This document shows, one piece after another, positions 11,133-21,027 of a DNA stretch of 64,000 nucleotides (its first letter is position 1; every line of letters starts with the position of its first letter). Made by a program: the position numbers and the translations under genes. The stretch covers positions 1 through 64,000 of the forward strand of contig JBBSQY010000008.1 in assembly GCA_038243585.1 (NCBI GenBank). The letters are read 5' to 3'. Origin of the DNA: Candidatus Sumerlaeales bacterium (GTDB lineage: Bacteria; Sumerlaeota; Sumerlaeia; Sumerlaeales; Sumerlaeaceae). The notes beneath the pieces were generated by a model. The model was given only the letters and a program-made list of their open reading frames with translations. It was not told the DNA's origin and ran no database searches.

Positions 11133-12104
11133 TTACTTGCCCAGGCGCACGTCGAACGCATCCCGCAAACCGTCGCCAAGCAGGTTGATAGCCAGCACAG
11201 TAGCGGCGATAGCGATACCGGGAAACAGCATTATATGAGAACTTGTTTGAAAAGAACTTCGGCCGTCATTCAACATACGGCCCCACTCCGGCAAAGGCGG
11301 CTGAACACCCAGATTCAAAAAAGATAATGCTGCCGCCTCAAGGATGGCACTGCCAAGGCTGAGCGTGGCGAGCACCAAAACCGGCGCCACGCAATTCGGC
11401 AACAGATGGAGCAGCATTATGCGCGAGCGACTGCATCCAAGAGCTTCCGCAGCCTGGGCATACTCAGACGATTTCTCCACCAACGCTGGCGCCCGCACCA
11501 CCCGTGCGAACTTTGGCACATAAACCAGTGCGATGGCGATGATGATATTTCTCATGTTAAACCCCAAGGCGGCCATAACCGCCATGGCCAGCAGGATAGA
11601 AGGGAATGCCAGAATCATATCCATGGCACGCATGGCCCACGCGTCGAATTTGCCACCGAACCAGGCCGACGATAACCCCAGTGGCACGCCAAGCAGCCCG
11701 GCCAGCAAAACGATACACAAGCCGCTGCCCATAGTGAGGTGAGCGCCATACAGGATCCGGTGCAAAATATCCCGACCCAGGTTATCCGTCCCGAACCAAT
11801 GTTCTACCGAAGGCCCCAGTCGAACATCCCGCGTCTGTACATTATAAAGGTCTGCGGCATAGAAATAGCCAAATAACGCAAAGACAATAAGTCCGGCTAG
11901 TATGACGCCGCCAACCATGGCGGTCTTGTTCCGGCGAAGTCGACGCCGTACAAAATACCAAAGTGAATGGCTAGCAACTTCTGGAATGGATCCCGTGTCG
12001 GTCAGCTGATCTATCATCTGCGCGCCAAGCTCTCCGGGGTTTTCCGTCTTTCGTTTCAAGGAGTCCTTATCAGGACTGCCAAAACCGCCCTTTTTTACTC
12101 CCAT
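11133..12104 (-). CDS. Peptide/nickel ABC transporter permease (DppC/OppC type)
   Basis: HWFGTDNLGRD, EAA-like loop YAQAAEALG, LSFLNLG..PEWG, NLLGDGLRDAFD. Confidence 0.93.
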   Translation of the reverse strand: MGVKKGGFGSPDKDSLKRKTENPGELGAQMIDQLTDTGSIPEVASHSLWYFVRRRLRRNKTAMVGGVILAGLIVFALFGYFYAADLYNVQTRDVRLGPSVEHWFGTDNLGRDILHRILYGAHLTMGSGLCIVLLAGLLGVPLGLSSAWFGGKFDAWAMRAMDMILAFPSILLAMAVMAALGFNMRNIIIAIALVYVPKFARVVRAPALVEKSSEYAQAAEALGCSRSRIMLLHLLPNCVAPVLVLATLSLGSAILEAAALSFLNLGVQPPLPEWGRMLNDGRSSFQTSSHIMLFPGIAIAATVLAINLLGDGLRDAFDVRLGK

Positions 12105-12970
12105 TATTCCGTAGCACCTTCATCGGCGTCCGGATCTATAGCGCCGAGAAAATCTTTATACTCCCCATTTCCCGCAGTCTCGCCAGATCCGCCCTTCTTT
12201 TTAAGCAATGACGTCGACAAGGCATCTGCCAGCGTGTTGTGTTCCCGGCCCACATAACTAATGGTAAACTTATCAAAGCCCCGTTTCAGCTCCATTACCT
12301 CTTTCACTTTTTTCAGGATATCAACGTTCTTGATTTTGTAGACGCCTGAAACCTGACGCACCATCAGCTCGCTGTCGCCAATGACATTCAGGATTTTAAT
12401 GCCCATTTCAGTCGCCATTTTCATGGCTTCAATCAGGGCCGTATATTCTGCGATGTTATTTGTGGCGATGCCGATCGCCTTTGCCTGCTGCGCGATTTTT
12501 TTGCCATCCATGGAAAACAGCGCTACGCCGATGCCTGACTCCCCCGGGTTACCTTTGCTTGCGCCATCCACATATGCCTTGGCCACACGGACCTGTCCGC
12601 GCGCATTTTCATCCATGAACGGCATTAAATCATCCGCCGAAAATTTTGTTTTTGCCGGCTTGGACTTTGATGACGACGAAGAAGAAGATGCGGGTTGCAC
12701 TCGAGAATTAGGTAATTCTGAGCCGCGAAGACCCGCCTCCCATACCGGAGTCAGCCCCGCCTCGTGCTCAATCGCGCGCAGCAGTTCGGCGCAATAATGC
12801 AGCGCCCGGCGAAGGTCGGAGTCGTTAATGTCGCGATAACGGCTGACCGCCTTGCTGATGTCGCCATCGGCGGTGGCGAGCACATCAATCACGCGATGGA
12901 CGGGCACCTGAGAATTTTTAATTACAAGGGCCTGATGCGCCAGCTTTTTTATTTCGGGAGATAAGGGCAT
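12104..12970 (-). CDS. Ribonuclease HI-family protein with an N-terminal DUF433-like domain
   Basis: DGASKGNPG, NNIAEY, GDSELMVRQ and HNTLADAL give all four acidic residues; N-terminal IKNSQVPVHRVI..DLRRALHY is DUF433-like; start ATG 12970 (track 13006). Confidence 0.85.
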   Translation of the reverse strand: MPLSPEIKKLAHQALVIKNSQVPVHRVIDVLATADGDISKAVSRYRDINDSDLRRALHYCAELLRAIEHEAGLTPVWEAGLRGSELPNSRVQPASSSSSSSKSKPAKTKFSADDLMPFMDENARGQVRVAKAYVDGASKGNPGESGIGVALFSMDGKKIAQQAKAIGIATNNIAEYTALIEAMKMATEMGIKILNVIGDSELMVRQVSGVYKIKNVDILKKVKEVMELKRGFDKFTISYVGREHNTLADALSTSLLKKKGGSGETAGNGEYKDFLGAIDPDADEGATE

Positions 12971-13105
12971 GATGGTAGCGAGACAGAAGCGCAGTGGACG
13001 AATCAACGGATATTTTGGGGCGAGAATTGTTGCAGGTGCAAATCAGAAGGTAAAATGTACACAGGTGGGTTACCTATGCTACTGTTTGCCGGCGGAAAAT
13101 GTCAT

Positions 13106-13537
13106 TTAGAAAATTAAAACAAGCGTGCCGACAAAAATGAGTGCTCCGCCCAGTGCCACCTTCAACGTAAACGGCTCACCTAACAACAGCACACTTAACA
13201 GTATCACAAAAATCACGCTCAACTTGTCAACAGGCGCGACCATTGATGCCGGCCCCAGTTGTAGCGCGCGGTAATAACATAGCCACGAAAATCCTGTTGC
13301 TACGCCTGACAGCACGAGAAATATAAACGCCGTCTTCGAAATATCTTCGATTCGCTGCCACTCGTGTCGGCCCCAAACAATAGTTCCGGTCATTACTAAA
13401 ATAACAATCGTCCTGATAAAAGTAGCAAAGTTGGAATTGAGGCCGGACACTCCAATTTTTCCGAACACCGCGGTCAGCGCAGCAAAGAACGCCGATCCGA
13501 TAGCAAACGCTTGCCACGAAGTCCAGAAGTTGATCAT
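13106..13537 (-). CDS. EamA family (DMT) transporter, single domain
   Basis: FFAALTAVFGKIG..NSNFATFIRT..SWLCYYRALQLGPASMVAPVDKLS. Confidence 0.92.
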   Translation of the reverse strand: MINFWTSWQAFAIGSAFFAALTAVFGKIGVSGLNSNFATFIRTIVILVMTGTIVWGRHEWQRIEDISKTAFIFLVLSGVATGFSWLCYYRALQLGPASMVAPVDKLSVIFVILLSVLLLGEPFTLKVALGGALIFVGTLVLIF

Positions 13538-13576
13538 TCGGTCATTCCCGTCCTCAGAAGACGTTGTGATTGGTTA

Positions 13577-14653
13577 TTATGGTACCAGAACAAGCTTGCC
13601 GACGTGGCGACCTTTTTCCATTTCCGCGTGGGCATGTTGCACGTCGTCCAGCTTAAACCGTCCGCCGATGTGCATCCGGTATCTGCCCTCCGCCACGCCA
13701 GACAGTATTTCATCATAGCCTTCCTGTGCCGCCGCGCTTCGGGTTGGCCTGCTGGGCGAGCCACCCGAATCCTCGCGCTGGGACGGATTCTGGCCGTAGA
13801 GCTCGCTTAGAACCCAGCCTCGGATCGCGCCATGTTTGTATATTAATGGGCTCACATGCACTGTATCCGGAGACCCCAGTAAACCGTACACCCAAATCGT
13901 TCCGCGCATGGCCAAAGTACGAATCTCCTTATTGAGATAAGCGCCCGAGGCGACCGGATCAAAGAACACGTCCACGCCGTTGCCGTCAGTGATCGTTTGC
14001 AGTTCCTTGTCCCAGCGCCGCATTGTGCGATCCTGATTATGAGTCACCACAACATGATCAAAATCGCTTTCTGGCATTTTTTTTAAAAGTTGCGCCTTTT
14101 CTTCGCTTGTGGTCATACCTATAGAAATACCGCCCAGATGTTTCACGATTTGCGCGGCGGCTATGCCAACGCTGCTACTGGCGGCGGGCAACGCCACGAA
14201 CTGTCCCGGGCGAAGTTTCTGCTTCCAAGCCAGACACCCCCACGCCGTCAGATACGGCAGCCACAATGTGCCAAGCTGATCATCTGGCAGGTTATCCGGG
14301 GCCGGCAATAACTTATCAGGCTTAACGATATAATGTGACCTGTAGGTTCCTCCGACGCCTCCCGCGCTTGGCCGCGGCGCGTCCGCCGATAAAATAACCC
14401 GCTTCCCCAGCAGTTTGGGTTCTACGTCGGGACCCACTGCGTCAACTATTCCTCCGCCTTCAAGGCCGGGGGTAAACGGGGGCTCGCCAGAAGACAGCTT
14501 GTAGTCACCGTTTCTCGCCATCAGTTCAGCGTGGTTCATGCCGATGCTGGTCAGGGCGACCCGCACTTCTCCGGTCCGAAGCTTTGGCATTGCGTTTTCC
14601 CGCACTTCCAGCACTTCTACGCCGCCGAACTTTTCAACTACGACCTGCTTCAT
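13577..14653 (-). CDS. Medium-chain reductase, NADPH:quinone oxidoreductase-like
   Basis: PGLEGGG, YLTAW, AASSSVGIAAAQI, GVDVFFDPV, HVGKLVL. Confidence 0.88.
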   Translation of the reverse strand: MKQVVVEKFGGVEVLEVRENAMPKLRTGEVRVALTSIGMNHAELMARNGDYKLSSGEPPFTPGLEGGGIVDAVGPDVEPKLLGKRVILSADAPRPSAGGVGGTYRSHYIVKPDKLLPAPDNLPDDQLGTLWLPYLTAWGCLAWKQKLRPGQFVALPAASSSVGIAAAQIVKHLGGISIGMTTSEEKAQLLKKMPESDFDHVVVTHNQDRTMRRWDKELQTITDGNGVDVFFDPVASGAYLNKEIRTLAMRGTIWVYGLLGSPDTVHVSPLIYKHGAIRGWVLSELYGQNPSQREDSGGSPSRPTRSAAAQEGYDEILSGVAEGRYRMHIGGRFKLDDVQHAHAEMEKGRHVGKLVLVP

Positions 14654-14716
14654 AAGGCTTCTCCGTAAGATCAGATCGATGCACTACTTGTGCCAAAATT
14701 TCGAAATTTGTCTAAC

Positions 14717-15466
14717 TCATGCCACTCGTTTAAAATGAGAGAGCAAAATGCCGGTCGCCACCGCAGCGTTCAGAGATTCCGCCTGGCCCAGTCGCGGGAT
14801 GGTAATTCGGTGTGTCGCCCGTTTCAGGAGCTCGTCGCTTACGCCCCGAGACTCGTTGCCGATTAATAAGAATCCTTCAGCGACCGGAGGCGCTTGATAA
14901 ATGCTCGTGCCGTCCAAAGCCGCTGCGTAAACAGGGATCGCTTTATACCTTTCAATCACTGACGTCAGATCGTCAACGAGAACCCGCACCCGTCCCAAAC
15001 TGCCCATTGTCGACTGCACCACCTTCGAGCCAAACGCATCTGCGCAAGAGGGTCCGCAAATAATGGTTGGCACGTTAAACCAGTCGGCACAGCGGATAAT
15101 AGTTCCCAGGTTGCCGGGATCCTGCACGTCATCCAGCAGCAAGGAAAGCTGTCCTTGGACTTGGACAGCCTGTTCAAATACAGGTTTGCTGAAGATTCCC
15201 ACCACTTGGTTTGGCGTGGAACGAGACGAGATTTGATTCAGACCCTGAGCGCTAATTTCTGTGACCGTACTGCCGGACGCTTCCACCTTTGCCCCATGAC
15301 AAAACAGCCATTCTGCCGTCGCGAAAATATCCTGCGCCTGTATGTTTGGAGCGCGCATAAGCTCATCTACAACTTTTGGTCCCTCCGCCACGAATACGCC
15401 GTGCTCATCGCGGATTTTTTTCTGGCTCAGGCTTTGGACGAATTTTTTCTCGGCCTTTGTTAGCAT
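14717..15466 (-). CDS. TrmH/SpoU family RNA methyltransferase
   Basis: LDDVQDPGNLGTIIR, IGNESRG, ESLNAAVA SPOUT motifs. Confidence 0.93.
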   Translation of the reverse strand: MLTKAEKKFVQSLSQKKIRDEHGVFVAEGPKVVDELMRAPNIQAQDIFATAEWLFCHGAKVEASGSTVTEISAQGLNQISSRSTPNQVVGIFSKPVFEQAVQVQGQLSLLLDDVQDPGNLGTIIRCADWFNVPTIICGPSCADAFGSKVVQSTMGSLGRVRVLVDDLTSVIERYKAIPVYAAALDGTSIYQAPPVAEGFLLIGNESRGVSDELLKRATHRITIPRLGQAESLNAAVATGILLSHFKRVA

Positions 15467-15562
15467 GAAAGGATTGTGCGCAGACCAAATCGGCTAGGTC
15501 GGGGACACACCGGAGGTCGCCGGACCATCATCAGCGCTAACGGCAGTCTTAGAATCAACATT

Positions 15563-17206
15563 CTAAAACGAGGTGTTTCCAGGTAGCTGATAATTCTCAG
15601 CCAACGCCCGATATTCGGTCACCTGTGCAAGTTGCCAGGCTTCATCACGACCATTTTCCTGCGCCATGATCTCCGCCACCGCCGGCGCTATTTCAGCGCT
15701 GGCCCTAGCGCCCAGCAGCAACGCGCGCGTACGCCGAGCAAGAACATCCTCCACAGTAATCGCCATTTCATGACGCACAGCCCACACCACCTGCGCCCGC
15801 GTAACCGGCAGATCCGGATGTAATAACTGTGCCATTGATGGATCATCCAATTCCAATTTCTGGATTTCAGATGCATCACTGCCATATACGGCAAGGCGAT
15901 GATCAGTCAGATTGTTTTCCGTATATCCATGAACTCGCAGATTTTGCGTCACGGATTTGCGTTTCGCCAGACCCGCTAAGTCAGCCGCCTTATCAATGGT
16001 ATCTTCGCCCATGCGGCGATAAGTAGTCCACTTTCCACCGCAGATGGTGACTAGATTGCCTTTCGATATAAACAGCGAATGGTCGCGGGAAATAGCAGCA
16101 GTCGTGCTCGCGTCCGGATTCGAAACCAAGGGACGAATCCCCACAAAAACACTAAGCACATCCGCTGCCGTGGGCTCTCGCGCCATATAGCGCTGGGCGT
16201 GACTTAAAACAAATTCTATTTCTTCCGCCAAGGGTTTCGGCTCTAGGCTTATGTCCGGAATAGGCGTGTCGGTTGTGCCCACAACTACATGGTCATGCCA
16301 CGGAATCGCAAACAATACTCGGCCATCGTCTGTTTTTGGAACCATAATGGCCGCCTCACCGGCAAGAAAAGACCTGTTAAGCACCAAATGAATACCTTGG
16401 CTGGCGCTGATTGTTTTGCCGGAATCGGGGTTATCCATGTGACGAATAGAATCCGCGAAGGGACCGGTGGCATTAATCACCACTTTTGCTATTATGTCAT
16501 GTCGATTTCCAGTTTCCTTATCTTCAATAACGACCCCTGTTACTTTATCCTCGCTCTTTATCAGCTCACGAACCACGGTGTAGTTAATCAACACCGCGCC
16601 TTGCTCGGCAGCCGTCTGGGCCAAATTGAGCGCCAGGCGCGAATCGTCAAATTGACCATCGTGATAAAGCACGCCGCCCTTTAACCCGGTGGGATCAAGA
16701 TTAGGAATCAAATCGACAGCCTGCTTGCGGCTCAACACTCGGGACTTGCCAAAACCCTGCTTTCCAGCTAGAAGGTCATAGGTTTTCATACCTACCCCAT
16801 AAAAGACTTTCTGAAAAAGACTGAAGGCCGGAATAATAAAACTTAAATCATGAACCAGGTGCGGCGCATTTTTCCGCATTAGCCCTCGCTCCCGCAACGC
16901 TTCTAACACCAGTTTCACATTACCTTGTTGCAGATATCGGACACCGCCATGAACAAGCTTTGTGCTGCGGCTGGAAGTGCCCTTTGCAAAATCGCATTGT
17001 TCCAACAAAAGCGTGCTGTACCCGCGAGACGCCGCCTCCACAGCCGCGCCGAGACCTGTAGATCCTCCGCCGATTATCACAATGTCCCATGGCGTCGTGC
17101 GGTCGCGAACGACATCAACCATTTCTCTTCTGTTCATTATGGGGCGGTTCAACTCAGCTTGTGTGGTCATGACGGACGAGATAATGCCTTCCTGTCTTAA
17201 ATTCAT
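15563..17206 (-). CDS. glpD: FAD-dependent glycerol-3-phosphate dehydrogenase/oxidase
   Basis: IIGGGSTG, GTSSRSTKLVHGGVRYL, DGQFDD, GGKWTTYR, DVLARRTR; the true start may be a later Met. Confidence 0.93.
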   Translation of the reverse strand: MNLRQEGIISSVMTTQAELNRPIMNRREMVDVVRDRTTPWDIVIIGGGSTGLGAAVEAASRGYSTLLLEQCDFAKGTSSRSTKLVHGGVRYLQQGNVKLVLEALRERGLMRKNAPHLVHDLSFIIPAFSLFQKVFYGVGMKTYDLLAGKQGFGKSRVLSRKQAVDLIPNLDPTGLKGGVLYHDGQFDDSRLALNLAQTAAEQGAVLINYTVVRELIKSEDKVTGVVIEDKETGNRHDIIAKVVINATGPFADSIRHMDNPDSGKTISASQGIHLVLNRSFLAGEAAIMVPKTDDGRVLFAIPWHDHVVVGTTDTPIPDISLEPKPLAEEIEFVLSHAQRYMAREPTAADVLSVFVGIRPLVSNPDASTTAAISRDHSLFISKGNLVTICGGKWTTYRRMGEDTIDKAADLAGLAKRKSVTQNLRVHGYTENNLTDHRLAVYGSDASEIQKLELDDPSMAQLLHPDLPVTRAQVVWAVRHEMAITVEDVLARRTRALLLGARASAEIAPAVAEIMAQENGRDEAWQLAQVTEYRALAENYQLPGNTSF

Positions 17207-17434
17207 CTAGTAGTATTTAAAACATGGCATATCTATGCAAGAATATATTATCCGGCAGTGGCTCAGAACGAAAAGTTTGCGCGACAATACGTGGACGCCT
17301 TTCGTCATGCGAATGAAATTCCCCGTGCAGCAGTAATACACACACGAAATCGATAGCACATTGATTTTCCCGCCGGGGTCCCGGTTTCCACGCTTCAATC
17401 TTTCCGGATTTTTTTCTCACTCGGATAAACTCAT

Positions 17435-18040
17435 ATGATACTCGGCCTCACCGGCTCTTTTGGCAGCGGCAAGTCCACGGTCGCGTCCATGCTACAATCG
17501 TTTGGCGGTGCTCATGGAATTGATACGGATCAAATTACCCACGAGCTCCAGAAACCAGGCAAACAGGGTTTTACTGAAATCGTTTCGTCTTTCGGGTCAG
17601 ATATTATCGGCGTCGATGGCGGACTGAACCGTGGAAAATTGGCGGATATTGTATTTAACGATGATGCTCAGCTTCAAACGCTGAACGGAATCATACATCC
17701 GCTGGTGTGGGAAGAGGTGGCCAGGGTGATGGCTCAGATCAAGAACCATCCGCTGGTTTTGTTGATAGTGCCGCTGCTGTTTGAAACAGGTACAGATGCA
17801 ATGTGCGACAAAGTACTGGTGGTGTCAGTGTCGGAAGAACAGCGACTACGCCGGCTGAAAATACGAAATGGTCTGACGCCAAAGGAAGTGCAAAAGCGCC
17901 TGGCTGCGCAAATGCCGCAAAAGGAAAAGGAAGATCGCGCGGATTTCGTGATCGATAATAGTGGCCCTCTTGCTGAAACTCAAGCACAGGTGCTGGCGCT
18001 GTTGGAACAATGGGGGCTGTTGACAAAGCAGCCGCATTAG
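17435..18040 (+). CDS. coaE: Dephospho-CoA kinase
   Basis: GLTGSFGSGKST P-loop, LNGIIHP, VPLLFE, ADFVIDN. Confidence 0.95.
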   Translation: MILGLTGSFGSGKSTVASMLQSFGGAHGIDTDQITHELQKPGKQGFTEIVSSFGSDIIGVDGGLNRGKLADIVFNDDAQLQTLNGIIHPLVWEEVARVMAQIKNHPLVLLIVPLLFETGTDAMCDKVLVVSVSEEQRLRRLKIRNGLTPKEVQKRLAAQMPQKEKEDRADFVIDNSGPLAETQAQVLALLEQWGLLTKQPH

Positions 18041-18048
18041 GATAGTTT
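18020..18048 (+). promoter_or_regulatory. Candidate sigma70 promoter for rho, overlapping the end of coaE
   Basis: TTGACA (18020-18025), 17 nt spacer, TAGTTT (18043-18048). Confidence 0.4.
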
Positions 18049-18127
18049 GCCGGGCATTTCCAACTTCGGGGCGGGAAATGTCACTACGGTTTTTTCGCTT
18101 CGTGATACTCTGATACAGGCAAATGAA

Positions 18128-19849
18128 ATGATAGAAGATAACAAGGAAACAACAGGTGAGCAGACCCTGACAGAAAATTCTCCAGCCGAGGGGGCATCGG
18201 GAGAAGTAACCGATAAGCCAAAGCGGGCAACCAGCCGCACGCCCCGGGGTCGCGGACGGGCCACGACCGATCGCCGCCGCGGCAAAGCGGCGGCAGACGC
18301 AGCCGTGGGCAATGAAGGCTCATCACCCACGGAAACCAATTCAGACGGGTCAAGCGTATTGGACAATGTCCGAGACGCCTCTAAGCCTTCCGAGCCGCCA
18401 GCTGAAAACGTTACACCTGGCGCAGAGGCCGTTGACGCGGCACCGGCCACTGCCGATGTATCCTTCTCTGCTCCCGTCCCGGATAATACAACGAAGGACC
18501 AGCAGACAACCGAAACAACTTTGGCTCCAGAGACGCAGGCTAAAGGCGAAGCTCAGCCTTCATCGCCTCCCGCTCCCCCTCCAGCGCCAGTGCAGCCTAA
18601 AATTGACATTGAAGAACTTAAGAAAAACGGCATTCCAGAACTTTCCACCATCGCTAAAGACCTAGGCATTGAAAACTACAGCAACCTGCGCAAGCAGGAC
18701 CTGATATTCGCAATCCTGCAGGCCGACGCAAAACGCCTTGGGGAACTCTACGGTGAAGGCGTTCTTGAAACACTTCCAGACGGATTTGGCTTTCTCCGCT
18801 CCGCCGATTATAATTACCTGCCAGGCCCGGACGACATCTATGTTTCTCCGTCGCAAATTCGCCGTAACAACCTGCGCAAGGGCGATAAGGTTCAGGGCGT
18901 CATCCGTCGTCCAAAAGAAAACGAGCGCTACTTCGCATTGGTCAAGGTCGACTTTATTAACGAAGAGCCACCTGAAGTTGCACGTGAAAAAACCATTTTC
19001 GACAACCTCACCCCGCTTTATCCCCAGCAGCGCCTGAAACTCGAGACCGACCCACGTCGCTACACCACGCGTATCATGGATCTTATGGTGCCCATCGGCA
19101 AAGGCCAGCGCGCATTGATCGTCGCCCCGCCCCGCACCGGTAAAACTGTTCTCATGCAGCACATCGCCAACGCCATCACGACTAACCAGCCGGAAGTCGT
19201 TCTACTGGTACTTCTCATCGATGAGCGCCCGGAAGAAGTGACGGACATGGAACGAAGCGTAAAGGGTGAAGTCGTCAGTTCAACCTTTGACGAGCCGGCC
19301 GATCGCCACGTGCAGGTAGCGGAGATGGTCATCGAAAAAGCCAAGCGTTTGGTCGAGTTCGGCAAAGACGTCGTAATTCTACTCGATTCCATCACGCGCC
19401 TAGCTCGGGCTTACAACACCATCGTACCGGCCAGCGGCAAAATCCTGACCGGCGGTGTGGACAGTAACGCGCTTCACCGTCCAAAACGATTCTTCGGCGC
19501 GGCACGCAACATTGAAGAGGGTGGTAGCCTGACCATCATCGCCACGGCGCTTATCGACACCGGCAGCAAAATGGATGAAGTAATCTTTGAAGAGTTCAAG
19601 GGCACCGGCAACTGCGAAGTGAACCTTGACCGGAAACTGGCCGATCGTCGTATATTCCCGGCAATCGATCTACTCAAGAGTGGCACCCGCAAAGAGGAAC
19701 TGCTGCTGGCCGAGAAGACCCTCAGTCGTATCTGGCTCCTTCGCAAGGTGCTGAACGAAATGAGCCCAGTCGAGGCCATGGAGTTCCTGCAGGAGCGCCT
19801 CAGCAAAACCCGCAGCAACGCGGAATTCCTTGAAGCCATGAACCGCTAA
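18128..19849 (+). CDS. rho: Transcription termination factor Rho with a long N-terminal low-complexity extension
   Basis: [56 protein letters not shown] 18128 preferred over TTG 18047. Confidence 0.97.
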   Translation: MIEDNKETTGEQTLTENSPAEGASGEVTDKPKRATSRTPRGRGRATTDRRRGKAAADAAVGNEGSSPTETNSDGSSVLDNVRDASKPSEPPAENVTPGAEAVDAAPATADVSFSAPVPDNTTKDQQTTETTLAPETQAKGEAQPSSPPAPPPAPVQPKIDIEELKKNGIPELSTIAKDLGIENYSNLRKQDLIFAILQADAKRLGELYGEGVLETLPDGFGFLRSADYNYLPGPDDIYVSPSQIRRNNLRKGDKVQGVIRRPKENERYFALVKVDFINEEPPEVAREKTIFDNLTPLYPQQRLKLETDPRRYTTRIMDLMVPIGKGQRALIVAPPRTGKTVLMQHIANAITTNQPEVVLLVLLIDERPEEVTDMERSVKGEVVSSTFDEPADRHVQVAEMVIEKAKRLVEFGKDVVILLDSITRLARAYNTIVPASGKILTGGVDSNALHRPKRFFGAARNIEEGGSLTIIATALIDTGSKMDEVIFEEFKGTGNCEVNLDRKLADRRIFPAIDLLKSGTRKEELLLAEKTLSRIWLLRKVLNEMSPVEAMEFLQERLSKTRSNAEFLEAMNR

Positions 19850-19879
19850 GAACTACGCAGCTGAAATCAACCACACGAC

Positions 19880-19914
19880 AAAAAAAAGGGCGTCCCATCC
19901 AGGGACGCCCTTTT
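19880..19914. terminator. Bidirectional intrinsic terminator between convergent genes
   Basis: aaaagggcgtccc-atcca-gggacgccctttt perfect stem with A and T tails. Confidence 0.85.
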
Positions 19915-19948
19915 CTATTTCATAAAAGCTATAAGCAGAAGCCGTTCA

Positions 19949-20344
19949 TTACGGATAAACAAAAACCCGCGTTTCTTTTTCCTTGGTTGCATAATACAGA
20001 AACTTTGCATCAGTTTCGCTTAGGCGTATGCACCCATGGCTGTGTCCACGCATCACTCCTTGGTGCAGAGCCGCTCCTTTATGATAAAACATGGCATACG
20101 GCATGGCCGCATCATACTGCCTGCTATGCCACTTGCGAGATTTCCACTCTACGGTAAAGGCCCCCGTGGGGCTGGGATTCTTCTGTGAGCCACCGCGAAC
20201 CTGAAACTCACGGTCACCGTATCGGCCCACGCCTTCACTCAACCAAATTTCAATGTCCGGCCGATTAAGACCTTCTTTTATATTGGCGGACAAAGACACT
20301 GTCACCGCGAGGCACGCGCCCACTAAAATATTTACAATACGCAA
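19949..20344 (-). CDS. Small secreted L,D-transpeptidase (YkuD family)
   Basis: Signal peptide, SPTGAF, MPYAMFY, ALHQG..SHGCIRL catalytic His/Cys. Confidence 0.85.
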   Translation of the reverse strand: MRIVNILVGACLAVTVSLSANIKEGLNRPDIEIWLSEGVGRYGDREFQVRGGSQKNPSPTGAFTVEWKSRKWHSRQYDAAMPYAMFYHKGAALHQGVMRGHSHGCIRLSETDAKFLYYATKEKETRVFVYP

Positions 20345-20452
20345 TTAATCATACCTCCAAAACGTGACCGAGCAACTACCGCGCCGGTCATCTCTTTGTC
20401 AACTAATTTGACCTTCGACAATTAACTTTGCCGTTTACCCCTAATCTAATTC

Positions 20453-21022
20453 ATGAGTAACCCAACTACACTCCCTTTGGTACTATATACTATCGGACAC
20501 TCTAACCGAGACCTGCAAACCTTTATATTAATGTTGCAGGCTCACAAAATCAAAGCGCTTGCAGATGTGCGCAGCATGCCGGGCAGTCGAAAATTACCCC
20601 ATTTTAACGCTGATGCTCTGGCCATTGAACTGCCAGAGGCGGGCATTACTTATCATCCATGGAAAGGCCTCGGCGGACGACGAAAAGCCACAGCTGACTC
20701 AGTAAATACTGGATGGCGCCATCCCGCCTTTCGCGGCTATGCAGATTACATGGAGACGGAGGAATTTCAAGATTCACTGAGAGATCTCCTCGTGCTGGCT
20801 AAGAAAGAGCCTTTGACCGTTATGTGTGCCGAAGCGGTTCCCTGGCGCTGTCACAGAAATCTGATTGCAGATGCAGCAGTGCTGCTTCATGACTGGGAAG
20901 TGCGTCATATAATGACAGAGAAACTGGCGTCGCCACACAAACCCATGTCCTTTGCTAAAGTCGTAAATTCCCATTTGACATATCCGCCGGAGGACTTATT
21001 TGAAGCAGGCGTGGAGCCCTGA
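20453..21022 (+). CDS. DUF488 family protein
   Basis: YTIGHSNR, DVRSMPGSR, LGGRR, MCAEAVPWRCHR. Confidence 0.92.
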   Translation: MSNPTTLPLVLYTIGHSNRDLQTFILMLQAHKIKALADVRSMPGSRKLPHFNADALAIELPEAGITYHPWKGLGGRRKATADSVNTGWRHPAFRGYADYMETEEFQDSLRDLLVLAKKEPLTVMCAEAVPWRCHRNLIADAAVLLHDWEVRHIMTEKLASPHKPMSFAKVVNSHLTYPPEDLFEAGVEP

Positions 21023-21027
21023 CAAGC

